A DNA stretch of 60,000 nt from Botryllus schlosseri (lineage: Eukaryota), in NCBI GenBank assembly GCA_051294905.1, contig CM119371.1:41542001-41602000 (forward strand), read 5' to 3'. The notes below the pieces were generated by a model. It made no database searches, was not told the DNA's origin, and saw nothing but the letters and a program-made list of their open reading frames with translations. This document shows positions 14,301 through 26,616 of this stretch, one piece after another (positions within the stretch are counted from its first letter, which is position 1; every line of letters starts with the position of its first letter). The position numbers and the translations under genes were made by a program.

Positions 14301-17300
14301 TATATAAACATATTATTCAAGATGATAATCCCAGTTCATCGAAATTTGTATCTGTCATTCATCTTTCAGATTCCATCATTGGGCTGAAGACCTGTGGTAT
14401 TTGCAACGGGCAAGACGACCAGCACCTGCTAGCTAAATGTGACGTATGTCTGCAATGGCAGCACCTGGGATGCCTGGACCCGCCATTGACCCAGATGCCT
14501 AAACGGACCAAATTTGCTTTATGGTGGGTATCTGCGGAAGTAGCAATTGCCAAAACACGTGAAAAATACTTGAAGTACATAGTAGCCAGATGAAGAGGTA
14601 GCACTTCCATGTGAACATGTAAAACATCATTTATTTTTTCGAAACACCTTTGGTTGGCAGATACTAGGTCGGCGTATTATGATAAAATGAAAGTGTGAAC
14701 GTCCTCTCCTGACCACGTGAAATCTGTTGCCTCAATAATTTTTCACACAAACAGGATTATCCAACAAACGTTTACCAATAGAAGAATTTATTGCCTTTGC
14801 CTGTTTCGAATCCAGCTTCAGGGGCGAATATTTCTCCGAGCGTGATGTACACGCTTATTTCAATATCAACATATCATTTAGCTGTACATTGCAGTTGTGT
14901 GCCTCCAAGAGGCTCTTTCAATGCCATTTTCCCGTTGATTACTTGATTTCGAGGCGACCATTTCATTTGGCCCTGGCTTACTTATCTGACCACCCCGTTT
15001 CAGGCAATGCTCCGAGTGCGCGGACAGCAGCAGTTCATCGTCGAGCGATTCTGAAAATCTCAACCGAGGAAGCTTCATCTGCACCGACGGACGACGTGCC
15101 ACGCGACGCGTTAGGAGAGTCCCTGAAAAGCTGGCTATAGGATTTTTGGACAGGGCCACTAAGAGGCAAATGGTGGGCTGATTGTGTAGGAATAATATAT
15201 GCCAAGTCATGATTGTAAGAATTGCTTAGTGTAAACTGTACTGAACTGTGAGAGAGAGGATTTGTTTATAGTTGCAAATAATTATTATGGAAATATGGAG
15301 TAGCCTACAGAAGCTTGAGAAGATTAAGGTTAGAGTTGGATAGTGTAAAATTTGGTTGTATTTTAGGGTATTGGCGTAACGAATGCTCCTGCTAGAACCT
15401 AAACCAATTATAAACGCCAAAATGTTGATGTGAATTGGCTAGAACATTGTGTATCTACAATTGTATCACCAAATAAGACGTCACCAGCATGAAATTTCAA
15501 GCAACCAGGGTAGAGACATCGCTTAAACTCAATGTAGCATTTTCAGGTGACACTCGAACTACTTCTAGAGAAATAAACTAGCATAAGTGATCTATTTGCC
15601 CTGATTATCGAAATTTCCTGCTGGTGACATATTATCAAGAGATACCATTAGTCTTTGAATTCTCTACTAGTTACCGAGTGTCAGTCGAAATTATTTGGGT
15701 ATATTTCAATATGGATACATCATTCAACATCATATTGAAGTTCTATACCTCTAAAAGTTGGCTTCTTATCTTTATTTATTATCGTCTCTTTCTTTTCAGG
15801 CCGAACAGTCGCGTTTGATGCACAAGCACCAGAAGAAACTTCGCGAGGCCCTCGAAAACATAGCGAGACAGGAATTTTCAAGCGAAAAGCGCGCCAGCCA
15901 GCACTCGGAATCGGAGAAATCGGACAATTACCCAAAATGCAGGACTCAGTCTACCGCGAAACCTGCTTATGCGTCACAGGCGTCTGCAAATTTATCGCTA
16001 GGCGTGTCGTGCGACAATTATCTCAGTGTGGCTGCAAGGACACCAATAATAAATCAAAGGCAATCCGTCGCAGCTAAAGCAACACCTAAAAATTTGAGGA
16101 AAATCATAATTTTGAAGAAAGCCTTCCCGATTCACAACCGATCGAGACCGGCCGGTTTAAAACAAGCTGCTAAAAAGTCGGAAACAAAACCAACTCTCAC
16201 CGATAGGGTTAAAAAACCAGTTGATTCCGTACTGAGAATAGGAGAAGATAAACTTACGCCAGTGCTGCCTTCGATTTCCCATCACGACTCTATAGATATA
16301 TCAGCCAAAAGTGTCTCTACACAATCTGGACTAACTAAGAAACAAAGTTTGTGTGCTAAAGAGACTGTGTGCAACCCTTTGCACGTTCTGCCTACGGAAA
16401 TTAAGCAGTCGTCTCAAATCGAATCTAATGCAGAGACCTTGAAAGGTACAGACACTGTCAGAGATGCAGGTAAACCTGTTATTTGTACAAAGCTTGTGAG
16501 CTTGAAAGGAAGTATCACATCTCACGTGTCTAACACAAAGGCTTCGAAAGGTACAGATATTATAGCTGTCGCAGGTAAACCTGTTAAAAGACATAAGCTT
16601 GTGAGCTTGAAAAGAAGGATCACACCTCAAGATGCTAATGCAAAGACTTTGCAAGGTCCCAACATTGGTGTCGGTGCTGGTAACAAGGTTAAAAGCCGAA
16701 ACTTTGTGAATTTAAAAAGACGCATAACATCTCCGGATGCCAATGCAACGACTTCGCAAGGTGCCGACTCTTGTGCCGACGCAGGTAACAAGGTTAAAAG
16801 CCGAAACTTCGCAAATTTAAAAAGACGTATCGCGTCTACAACCATGTCAGTAGCAACCAAGAGATTCGCCCCTAGTAAACACATCGTTGCCAATCCAACG
16901 ACGACTGTGAAAACAGACACAATGTCCAGTAATATCTCTTCAAACGATAGCAAAACAGTGTCTGCCAAACTGTTAAACAGCAACATTATCGTGGCGAGCG
17001 ATGGAAAATCTTATCAAATACCTTACAGTGCTATCGCAATTCATAAGACTGTGCCGCAAAACTTGCAGGACAAACCAACGCCCATCATGTCTGTAGGAGA
17101 GTATATGAAGTCTAGTAATCTTGCGGCCGCGAAACCTTTGAAAAAAGGCGGGGAAAAGGCGAAAATGTACCAATTCACGGTGTCTCCTTGGAAAAATTCT
17201 GCCGATCCTTTAAGATACTATCAAAAAGTGTCTGAATCGGACTCGAATGATATGGAAGGCACTTCTGCTTCGAAAAATGATGACGGCTGCGTCTCACCGG

Positions 17301-19199
17301 ATGAAATAATGGTGAAACCGAAACCATGTACGCCTGTGGCGTGTTCGGTATGTGATGATACGCGGGATCAGCCCCGGATCGTGCAGTGTAGCACGTGCAA
17401 GAAGCGCTACCATTGGGAGTGTTGCGAGCCGCCGTTAAAGGCGAATCCAGTTTCAAAATATTCGTTGTGGTGAGTGTGGACTAGAAACTGCTTCAATTTT
17501 TCATCATTGAACACAGGCAGTTATTTTAAATGCTCTGCTTCAGGGAATGCTCGGACTGTGTGGACGAGCGTGATGATGATGACGGCAATGGCGAGGTCCA
17601 GGCAAAAAACGTAAAGTCTGGAAGTGTTGTGTCTGCCGACGGCCGCAGAAAGACGAGCAGAAGACGGAAGCCGCCTGATGTGTTCGAACCAGCGTTCACT
17701 ATCGTAAGTATGACTATCTTGATCATTTCACCGGAAAAGGGATGGAAAGGGTATCACGAATGCTCTGCTTGGAGGTACGGAAAATTTAGGATTTTGAACT
17801 ATTGTATTTTAGGTTGGTAGATGTATGATAGAAAATGAGAGAATTTGCCACGGTAAATGATTTTTTTTCAAATCCAATATTTTATACTCTGATTACTTCG
17901 CTTGTATGGGATGCAATCGGAGCAAATTTGTTGCGCATCGCTCTTCAAAGCTACCTAACAATTTCATGGAGTACCCAGTGAAATTTGAAAATTAGTGAAT
18001 AGGTCTAAAATTTTCTACTGCAATAACTTTTCGTCCACTGGCTGGAATGGAGCCAAAATTTTTGTGCAGTTTCTTTTTTGGTAACCCAACGATCAAGACT
18101 AAAGCTGTTTACTAAAAACTCAAGCTGAATATAAAAAGATAATATTTTTGAACAGCCATAATGTTTATACGTATAGAGAAGTGTTAACACGAGCAAGATG
18201 ATCTGATCCTTGGTGCATTGACATTTGTACCTAGATTTAACCAAGTGACCCTATTATAATGGGGCTGGAAACTTCTCCCGTGATGGGGCCGTATATGGGA
18301 GAATGAAGTAGGCGGGCCGGAATCAACAAATAAAATCGCATATAATGTATAAACTTTAAGTTTAAAGCATATAGACCAAAACCGTATTCAATGAATCTAT
18401 GAATGTAATGTACTTCAATAGCCGTTGCAGTCGACGAGACATCTTTGGTCGATCAGAGTTGTCAACGAGTTCTTTTAAGGCTGGTTGGTACGCAGCTTGG
18501 TCTTGTTCATGTTCATGAACGAAAATATTTGCTCGAGATCGTTTGTAGACCCGACCAAGGCCATCTTTTCCAAGTTGGTAAATTTGGATTCATTCAGTGA
18601 CGCAAAAAATTGTGCAAGGTTCAGGTTGAAATTTCTCTCTCAGGGTAGAATCTGTCTTGAGGGCCGTTCAAAATTCAGTCATTGGCCGGTTTCAAGTTGC
18701 CCGCCCCTGATTTAGAACATTCTTTTCAAAATATCCCTCTTCTCCTTAGTTTTACCCCTCCCATTTCTATCGGCTGGCTATGCACCTCTGGCTGTGTACA
18801 AACTGCGCGACTACAATAGCATCATGGTATTCATGTTTTCTCACGGAAAGTAATCCTCTATCACAGTCGAATCAACAGAAAATCTTCAAGTCCATCGCAA
18901 AGCACAAGAAAAAGCTACAAACGGCAGTGTCTGCAGTTACGGCATCGCAATCAACAACTTCGACGTACACAACGGCGGCACGTTGTCGCGAAATACCACT
19001 CCGTTACACCAAAAGCAACCGGGTCAAATCGGCTCATTTGATGAGCCTGAAAGGATTGTCTGTGTCTTCGTTAAAAACCATCGCGATCGTACAGAAACGT
19101 ACAGGGCCCACCACCAGCATGATCAGTATTTTGCCGCAAAAAAAGACTGCGCTGAAATCATTGTCGTCCAAGAACCATCCTGAGAAATCAACAGAGTAA
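2329..19199 (+). CDS. PHF14: PHD finger protein 14 orthologue (spliced, 18 coding exons, about 1393 aa)
   Basis: Hand-built GT-AG model with consistent phases: 2329-2353, 2425-2559, 2974-3045, 4544-4749, 5909-6017, 6153-6241, 9062-9141, 9213-9346, 10299-10540, 12068-12241, 12845-13045, 13200-13321, 13386-13492, 14370-14523, 15004-15172, 15800-17469, 17544-17703, 18867-19199 (4182 nt). N-terminus MSFMYQASMTRAPNKRKIK then an acidic tract. PHD1 CSVC..CRVC..H.DC..WICESC. Extended PHD CEFCPN..WVHVICA..YGAKECLLCEDR..TGVCVKCDAGLC..HVTCAQK.GLL. Further PHDs CGICN..DQHLLAKCDVC..HLGCLDPPLTQMPKRTK..WQCSEC and CSVC..CSTC..HWECCEPPL..WECSDC. Motifs and order match PHF14; exons outside the domains are less certain. 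Confidence 0.9.
4857..5600 (+). mobile_element. Decayed hAT element with transposase C-terminal remnant in a PHF14 intron
   Basis: TAGGG start, GTCAAAA subterminal repeats at both ends; 5140-5325 translates IKKRMIKNWDVDNIVKMKR..QPTTAAVERSSSILG*LLSKDRHF..LYYN, homologous to 56600-56860. Right end approximate. Confidence 0.6.
6292..6737 (+). mobile_element. GACTCGAGTC-rich hAT-type MITE, copy 1
   Basis: CAGGGTTG start and dense GACTC/GAGTC motifs; homologous to copies at 10630, 13527, 26081 and 39865. Confidence 0.75.
9590..10250. repeat. Degenerate intronic minisatellite (unit about 30-40 bp, TTCTAATTTGGAGAAAACTGTGTAGCTATAA)
   Basis: The motif recurs more than ten times in PHF14 intron 8. 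Confidence 0.8.
10630..11958 (+). mobile_element. GACTCGAGTC-rich MITE, copy 2, with two nested insertions
   Basis: TIR CAGGGTTGTAA / TTACAACCCTG; interrupted at about 10816-11617 by an element with TAGGGTTACCAT / ATGGTAACCCCA ends. Confidence 0.75.
10828..11339. mobile_element. hAT-type MITE, 512 bp
   Basis: TIR TAGAGCTGGGCAAAAT / ATTGTGCCCAGCCCTA; perfect 8-bp TSD GTTACCAT at 10820-10827 and 11340-11347. Confidence 0.85.
12386..12600 (+). mobile_element. tRNA-derived SINE
   Basis: Box A TAGCGTAATGG (12398-12408), box B GGTTCGATTCC (12442-12452), then a non-tRNA body GGGTCAGACCAAAGAC..TGGTATCCATGGCTTCCCTGCTTGGCGCTCA. 3' end uncertain. Confidence 0.75.
13527..14166 (-). mobile_element. GACTCGAGTC-rich MITE, copy 3 (two adjacent ends)
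   Basis: Reverse-orientation match to copies 1 and 2; end motifs CAGAGTTGTA near 13527 and CAGGGTTGTAA near 13657. Confidence 0.7.
18260..18709. mobile_element. hAT-type MITE inserted in a dispersed intronic repeat
   Basis: Ends in GTTGCCCGCCCCTG; the flanks 18170-18240 and 18710-18800 are contiguous in the homologous copy at about 7060-7220. Confidence 0.55.
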
Positions 19200-21329
19200 A
19201 AAACGTGCTGCCAGGCACCAGGCAAGATTCTGTATCGAATGTTAGGCTTTGAGTCGAGTATTCAAATATTATTTATGGTGTTACAGCAGTATGAATGGAA
19301 AGCTCATATATGTTCCTTTTACGCCAGCACGGAGAATATGACGCCTGTTCTACGCCATAGTAAAGATAATCTGGAATTTTTTGACCATGCTTATTTCGTT
19401 TTTGTCACAATCCCATGAGTTTGTCATCACTTCACGGATATGTCATTTCCGATCTGATACGACCACTCAAATCATTAGTATTAATACTTGTTCTCTTCAT
19501 CTTTGAAATCTTGCTAACGTTAAGCCCTTTATATTTGTTATAACGGTGCATGAAACTCACGGATAGCTACAGGATTGCCAAACAAGTCCTGCGGTCAAAT
19601 GTCTATCTCCCTAATCAATCCTCAAGCATTGTTCACGCTGAAATTGGAGTGTTGCAGAATGATTTGAGAACACCATTCTCAATTGAGTATTTATTCTAGC
19701 TATTCGAGCCGAGAAATGAGAGATGATTTTTACAAGCAGTGAAATTACATACTACTTGCCACGAAGAGGTAATTGAGCACCGAGAATTATAGTTTTAATA
19801 GTATTAAAGGAAATAGGTATGGTCGAAAAATATATCATCTATTGGTTGTAGAATTTGCATTATATTCTTTGCGATCGCATAAAAGTTTGATATTTGAACT
19901 TTTCACATCATTCGTACTGTTATGACATTGTAATGAATGGCGCTCAAATGCTCGCTTCGGAATAGAAACCTTCAAATTCTCGATTTGCAAAGTTTTTGCT
20001 GAAATGCACCACTTTTCTGACCATATCCTGGATAATGCTGCTTTGAACTCTCGTCCTCGGTAACAGCCTGTTTCATTAGTACAAAAATTGAACTCTATAT
20101 TGTGTAGTATATGAACATATGATGAAGCTTTGTTGTCAATATTCCAACAAGTGTGGCTGATTCTTTGATAAGTTTTGCTTATTGCCTTGTCTTTTGCCAA
20201 CCAATCAGTGATATTCGTTACGTGACACCATGTTTTCCTAGTTTCCTTCTACCATCCATTCGTTGCAACAGTTTTTGAGACAAATCTTACAAAATGTTCA
20301 TGCTCCATATACTGCCTAACATAAGGAATTTCTTTGAAATGCGTGTTGTCCTTTTTCGTAGTAATCATTATTGATTAAGCGATGTTCATTGTTTTTGATG
20401 CGACCCAGCTTATGGATCGTAGGATGATTGGTTGTCAAAATTGAATCAATTGCAACCCGTTGAAGCGAAGTTATCGGTGTCAAAAATTTGGGATTTGAAA
20501 AAATTTGTATTTGCTGGGAAATTCTATCATTTCGATGTGCCACTCCGATAACTTGGCTTCAATACTTGAAATTGAGTCGAATTTGTTGTGCATCGTTCTT
20601 TAAACAATGGAACTATTTCATGTGGTAGCCAGTATAATTTGAGGGATTTTCGTTTCATATTTTATAAATCCAATATTTTTTACTCTTTTATAGCGCTGCC
20701 CCTACTGGTTGGAAGGGAGCCTAATTCAATTAGGCAACCTAAAAATTTATCAACAAGTGTAATGGTTCTCAACCTTTTTTTCTTCGCGGACTCCTTTCGG
20801 ACCCCCACGAAGTTTCAGCTCAAATTTGGCTCACTTATCGTGCAACCGTCAACCTTCTTGTGCAAATGCTAACAGTAGGCTTAGGGATAAGCAGCAACGA
20901 AATGACTTTTTTTGAACAGAAGATCATACCATTCATGTAGAAATTTGGATGACTTCGATTATTTCAAAGCGAATCCTGTAACTGCATTTTTCTCGAAATG
21001 CATGGTCGTTTCCTGAAAATTCGCACCTCACTGTGATATCAACAAGTGCCAAAACCCATTTCCACAAATATGGGTGTCGACGAATGTAATAATCCCGCGT
21101 AACGCGTCCGACGACACATTTGGGTGTGATCTCAACAAATATAACACCGGAATTGACAAACAGATTTTTTTAATGAGCATATTACGGCAAGCCTGGCTTT
21201 TTCTATCTAGCACGCAGTGGCGGCCTACCCGTGGCCCGCCAGTCAATTATCGAAACTAGCTATTTCATCAAAAATATATTACCGAGGTATAATTTATTGT
21301 GAACTTGCAAGGCCAACCAAGAATTAGAT

Positions 21330-22635
21330 CAGTGGTTCCCAACCTTTTTTGACTCATCGCCCCCTTTTCAAACTCCACACCGATCATCGCCCCCCAAATA
21401 TTGGGAACCGAAAAATGGGCGTACAGACTGAAATCACCTGCGAGTTGACTAAGAAAAAAGGTCAACTTATCGGCTCGACCTCGAAATTTCACTTTCCCAG
21501 CTAAATTTTGGTGAGTTGAGTAACAAAAAAGGTGATTTCTCCGACTTGATTCCAAAAGGACCATAACAGCACTTCGTCAGCCCCCCCCCCCCGCAATACG
21601 TTGTTCTTGACCCCCCTCCATAGGGCGATAAAGCAAACTTCTGCACCCCTCATATCCTACTCCCCCAATACCTCTTCACCGCTACTTCTCAGCACAAATT
21701 GTTGGACTCATTAGTTAGTCGGCTTAACTCGCGCGAAGCGCAAAAAACTTACATCATTCTGATTGAATCGGTCAATATGATAGGGGATTACATATATATT
21801 GCTGTCAATTTCTTATCCTCTCTCTGCTCATGTATTCAGATTTACCGGTAAAGCTGAGTGAGGTGTCTTCGAAAATGTAGGGCCCGTAGATAATAATTGA
21901 ACATATTCTGGCGGACCCGTGGGTATAATGACTTCGTTACGTAACCACTATTCGTGGCCTGTCTGCTATGTCAAAAGATATCCAAATCGCCCATACGTAG
22001 TAAACTAAAAGATTCACGCGATTTCAAATTGGTATGTATGCACAGGCAATGAATTTTTCTCTGTGAGATAGCATTTTTTGTGGGTTTCTGATTGCCACGA
22101 CAGGAACATTTGGCGCCAGCCATTTAGGCGCCTATTGACAATTAAATATATATGTCTATCGTATATATATCGAAGTCGGTCAGCATAAAGGCAGTACTTT
22201 TCCCTAAGGTTTTCTCGTTCTGGCACACTTCTCGGAGTCACATGTTACATGGCCTGAGACTTCATATGTCTTGGTGCGTCATGGTGTGATAATGACTGAC
22301 GCCGAGATGCCCATGTCTATAACTCATGCATATTATTTCTTGGAGGAAGGGTATCCAATAAGTAAGAATATGAGACCACGAAAAGGCGCGCAGCGCGGAA
22401 ATTTTTTGAAAAAGTTGCCTAAATTTCCACAATAATTAATGTTCATTCACGAAAGAATTGTGGTCCCCTTCGAGCTCGGGCCCCCATCCCAATGGGGGGT
22501 TTGGGTGTGGCAGTTACGGTCATGGACGCCAATATAGCCATATCAACGCGCCATCGCCCCCTTCGTCCGTTTTCGCCCCCCTGCACCGATAAATCGCCCC
22601 CTGGGGGGCGATATCGCCCACGTTGGGAACCACTG
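21330..22635. mobile_element. hAT (Charlie-like) non-autonomous element, 1306 bp
   Basis: TIR CAGTGGTTCCCAAC / GTTGGGAACCACTG; perfect 8-bp TSD AATTAGAT; ATCGCCCC subterminal motifs; a fragment recurs at about 1657-1705. Confidence 0.85.
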
Positions 22636-22863
22636 AATTAGATTATCCTGACTAGTCTATCACCAGCTCCGACGTACTGGCGTATCCAAGCGTCACCCAC
22701 ATTTTTCGTACATTCTCACGCACCATAGGGTAGTCTAGTCGATGTAACTTGTTGGGTACTTACTATATGCATTTGGCTGTTAAGTTTTATGTATGAATTC
22801 TGTCAGTAATATTGATTCTTCCATATATTAGGCTACTATAAAATGCACCAGCAAGTTACACAT

Positions 22864-23062
22864 CCGGTGATTTCCAACCTTTTATGCTCGCGACCTCATT
22901 TCCCACCAGAAAATGTTCCGTGGCAAAGCCCGACACTTGATAAGCTAATTACTAAAAAAATTCAGCTTGCCCAAACTTACTCACGGCCTAGGAAGCTGAT
23001 TACGTCCAACATCATCGCGATCCCCAGATAAAGGCAAACGACCCCAAGATTTGGAACCACTG
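22864..23062 (+). mobile_element. Short hAT-type MITE
   Basis: CCGGTGATTTCCAACC / TTTGGAACCACTG ends; a reverse-strand homologue lies at about 39150-39292. Confidence 0.6.
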
Positions 23063-26000
23063 TCTGTGACTGAATCATCCAATCGGCCTCAACCAACTCT
23101 AGGAATATACCGTTAGCTTAAAATTGCGATTACAATCAGACTTATTTCAGTAAATGATGGTTATTTATTTTGATTTCATTTTTGACGAGGTTATGGTGCC
23201 TGGTGCTCATACTGAGATCACCATACGTTGCATTAACTCGCGCGCGGCGGCAAGAACAGTTTTGAGTGGCATAAATCTGCTTGAAAATAATATTGTGTAT
23301 GTTGATTTACGAAAAATGTTTGAGCCTGCTTCAAACCGTCAAAATTCCGACCATTTAGGCATATTTTAGAAATTCCTCCCAGACGCAGATTTTTCAGTGA
23401 AATTCCGGACGAATGACAACCCTATGCTAGTGTAACGTCATATTGACGGTCAATGTGTTACACCTCATTTTAAAATCCGCTATTGGGCGCTAAAAAGTGT
23501 CCGGAATTTGCTTCACAAAAATATGGTAACCCTACCTAAACCGCAAAATATTTGTATCAGTAGGCTATTGGCAATCTAGCAATTCATTTGCGTCTCCACA
23601 CTAGGATATTTCCTCTTAGACGGCCATTCTGTTGATGTGAGCTCTGGAGTTTTACTTGTAATGAAGCGAGACTGCCTCGTGATTTTCCGAATTTAAAAAT
23701 AGTCTATCAAATATTTTGAGGCTTTGCAGACCCCCTGAAAATGCTTCGTGGACCCCCGGTTGAGAACCACTGGTTAAGATTTGTAAAAAGTGGCTTCTCA
23801 GAAGTTGGCGAATAAAATATCCAAATTTTTTGACACAAGTTCAAAATTCACGTTCAGTACCTGGCAGTTACGCCACCGCTTTTCATGTACAATTTTCTGT
23901 GTCCGTTTTCTCTTTCACAATTATAACTTGGCAGTTCACGAATATGAGTTGTAGCGCCGGGTTTGCAAAAACGTGAATAATGAAATAAATTTGGTATTAG
24001 AAAGAATTACAACAACAACCAGACTCAGTTCAAATCAAATAACACTTCATTATCATAAGCACGAGGATGACAAATGCCCTTACATCATACGTGGCCGGTT
24101 TCGCACTGCACAGTTCTATAGAATTATCAGAATCGGAAATGAGATAATTGAAATTAGAGAATCGAAACTATTTATAAAACAACAGCTTGATACGAATTAT
24201 AACTGCGCTAGTAAATGTGGTCCGTGGACATTGTACAGTGACTGTCAGCATATAGCCACACACTCTGAGAAGATCCGTTGATTTTAGCTCAGAATTCCCA
24301 TAATACTCCAGTAGTTCCCGTTATTTCAAATTCAGAGCTGTTTATGATGAATTGCATAGTTCCAGGTGAGGCATGCGCTTCATTTTTTTAACAGAGGCGG
24401 AGGTAAAGCTCAACTAGTGCATTTGGAAGGAAGCAATTTTGTCTGTTAAAATGTATTAACACTTTAGCCAACAAGGCCTATTATGGAAATTGCCGGTAAA
24501 CGCCAGCGAACAATGAATTTTCGACCAGTTGGATATTTCGCTGGAATCGGGCGTGCGGATAAGTGCGAACCTTGTGGAACTTATGAAAAAATAAGCACCA
24601 ATGAATTATAAAAATGATTCAATTTTTTTGCTGCTCATTTATAAAAAGCCACCTAGTGGTCAAACCAAAAAAAAAGGTTGACCTATTGTATGCAGATGTA
24701 ATTTAAAAAAAATACTTCCGGCAACAAAAATGGTGGTTTATGACAACAAGCCTATTCAGTAGCCTCGGATACAGCCGTAATCCGGGGATATAACCAATTC
24801 CGGACTTTACTGTACGCATTTCAAAAATATCCTTAATATAGGATCGCTTGCACTTTAAGGGATTGAGTAAAATCCTAAATTTGGGATTGTTGGCAGTCAA
24901 AGTGTTAATGTGATCTATATGTGGTATGACAATAGGATATCAGAATTGAGTCGTTTTGTTACATCTGCATCAAATTATTTCGCAAAAAAGACTGATTCAG
25001 AATAAGAATGTCGCCCCGAACCCCACTTACTGACACGGTATCCGTGCATTTCATCACAAGCGCAACAATGGTTATCATTCAGCAACTTCTAAATCGGACC
25101 CGTATCTGACAACTACAGATCGTGTTTTGATACTCGGGTAATGTAATCGGTGAATATTTCTCATATCCCAACAATATACAATTCTGACCTGCGGACGACT
25201 GCAACAACAGAAACCTAAATGAAAACTTCAACATCATATAGGCTACCCGAGAGATTTTGGTCGTTTGATGGTTACACCCCCGATTTAGAGGTTTATTCGT
25301 GAGAGATTGATAGATTCGGTGGTTTCAGTGGTTTCAACGGACTAATTCTGATATGAGCACTGGACTGGATAGGATAGGATCCGGACTACGGGTTATTTTC
25401 GTTGGGTGCGGATTGTGATTTTTTTTTTAAATGGATCCGTTTGACTTGGACTTTTAGCATGGAAAAATCGGGACTGGGGTACGTTGGTTTCGAAATCAGC
25501 ACCACGGAACGATCGGAGACACGAGAAAAGTCGTTGCTTCAGGAAGTTTTTATTTTGTAATGTCAGGACCAGTGCAAAAACCCCCACGCTGAGAGCGGTA
25601 GTAATTTTGCGAATGTGACCGTCGCAGAGTGGATGGTGGTCTCCTCTTTTTAAAGCGTGGCACTGTGGTTGGCACTGTGGTAGTCTTTTATAGTTTGTAT
25701 GAAACCCAATCATAGTGGGAATACCGGTCACATGTCAGGCGAAAATGTTGTTAAAGGTCACTAAGGTATAGCTCATTTTCACTGATTAACGTTAACCTAT
25801 GGCGTATTGAATTGCCGAAGCAAATACTAGCAAGTTTGTTCAGTATGTCACAAGTTCTCTTTCGGCATTACGCATATATACGTAGGCTAGAATTATACAT
25901 TGTACATTTTGTGATTATTCAGGTAAACCTATATATAGACACGCAGTTTTGCTAGTTTAAAATAGCTGTCTTGTTGCTTTAACGTAGAATGAACATTACT

Positions 26001-26080
26001 GTGATGTGTAGTAGGCATACAGGAGAAGGGCATAATCGTACATGTTGTGTATTTTAGGCCCGGCTTCTATTACACGAAAT

Positions 26081-26616
26081 CAGGATTGTATTGACTCGAG
26101 TCATGACTCGACGTTAGTCCGACTCGAGTTGCAATTTTCTGATGACTCGACTTGACTCTAGTAATTTTCTTTAAATACGGTCATGACTCGACTCGAGTCA
26201 ATCTCTGTTTTGACTTGCCTTAGACTCGAGTCATTATGCATGACTCGAACCAAGTCATATGACTCGAGACTCAGACGGCCAAGACCGATATTTTATTGCA
26301 ATTTCAAAGAATAGTAAACTATTAACGACATTATTGGGATTTCGTCTATTGGCACTGGCATTTGAAAATGCCACAGAAACTGTTGAAAGTGAGGAAAATT
26401 AGTATATTATCAATGGGAACCATTCGATATCACCAAATAGAGTTATAAAAAGCATTTTTAACGAGACTTTAACTGGAAACTGAGCTGTCAACACAATGAC
26501 TTGGACTCGGACTTGACTCGGTGGTTAATTGAAAATGACTCGACTTAACTCGAGTCAAAACTATTAAGGTGAGATTGACTTGTGACTCGGAGCCTTGTGA
26601 CTTGGTTACAACTCTG
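26081..26616 (-). mobile_element. GACTCGAGTC-rich MITE, copy 4 (full length)
   Basis: TIR CAGGATTGTA / TACAACTCTG; 8-bp TSD CACGAAAT / CACGAAGT (1 mismatch), consistent with hAT. Confidence 0.8.

Noticed and set aside
19835..20543. - strand ORFs of 121 and 75 aa downstream of PHF14
   Set aside because: Could be a decayed transposon ORF, but I see no motif or splice structure I can support.
20760..23772. One large hAT element defined by TGGTTCTCAACC / GGTTGAGAACCA ends
   Set aside because: No target-site duplication, and such ends are common in this window, so the pairing is unsupported.
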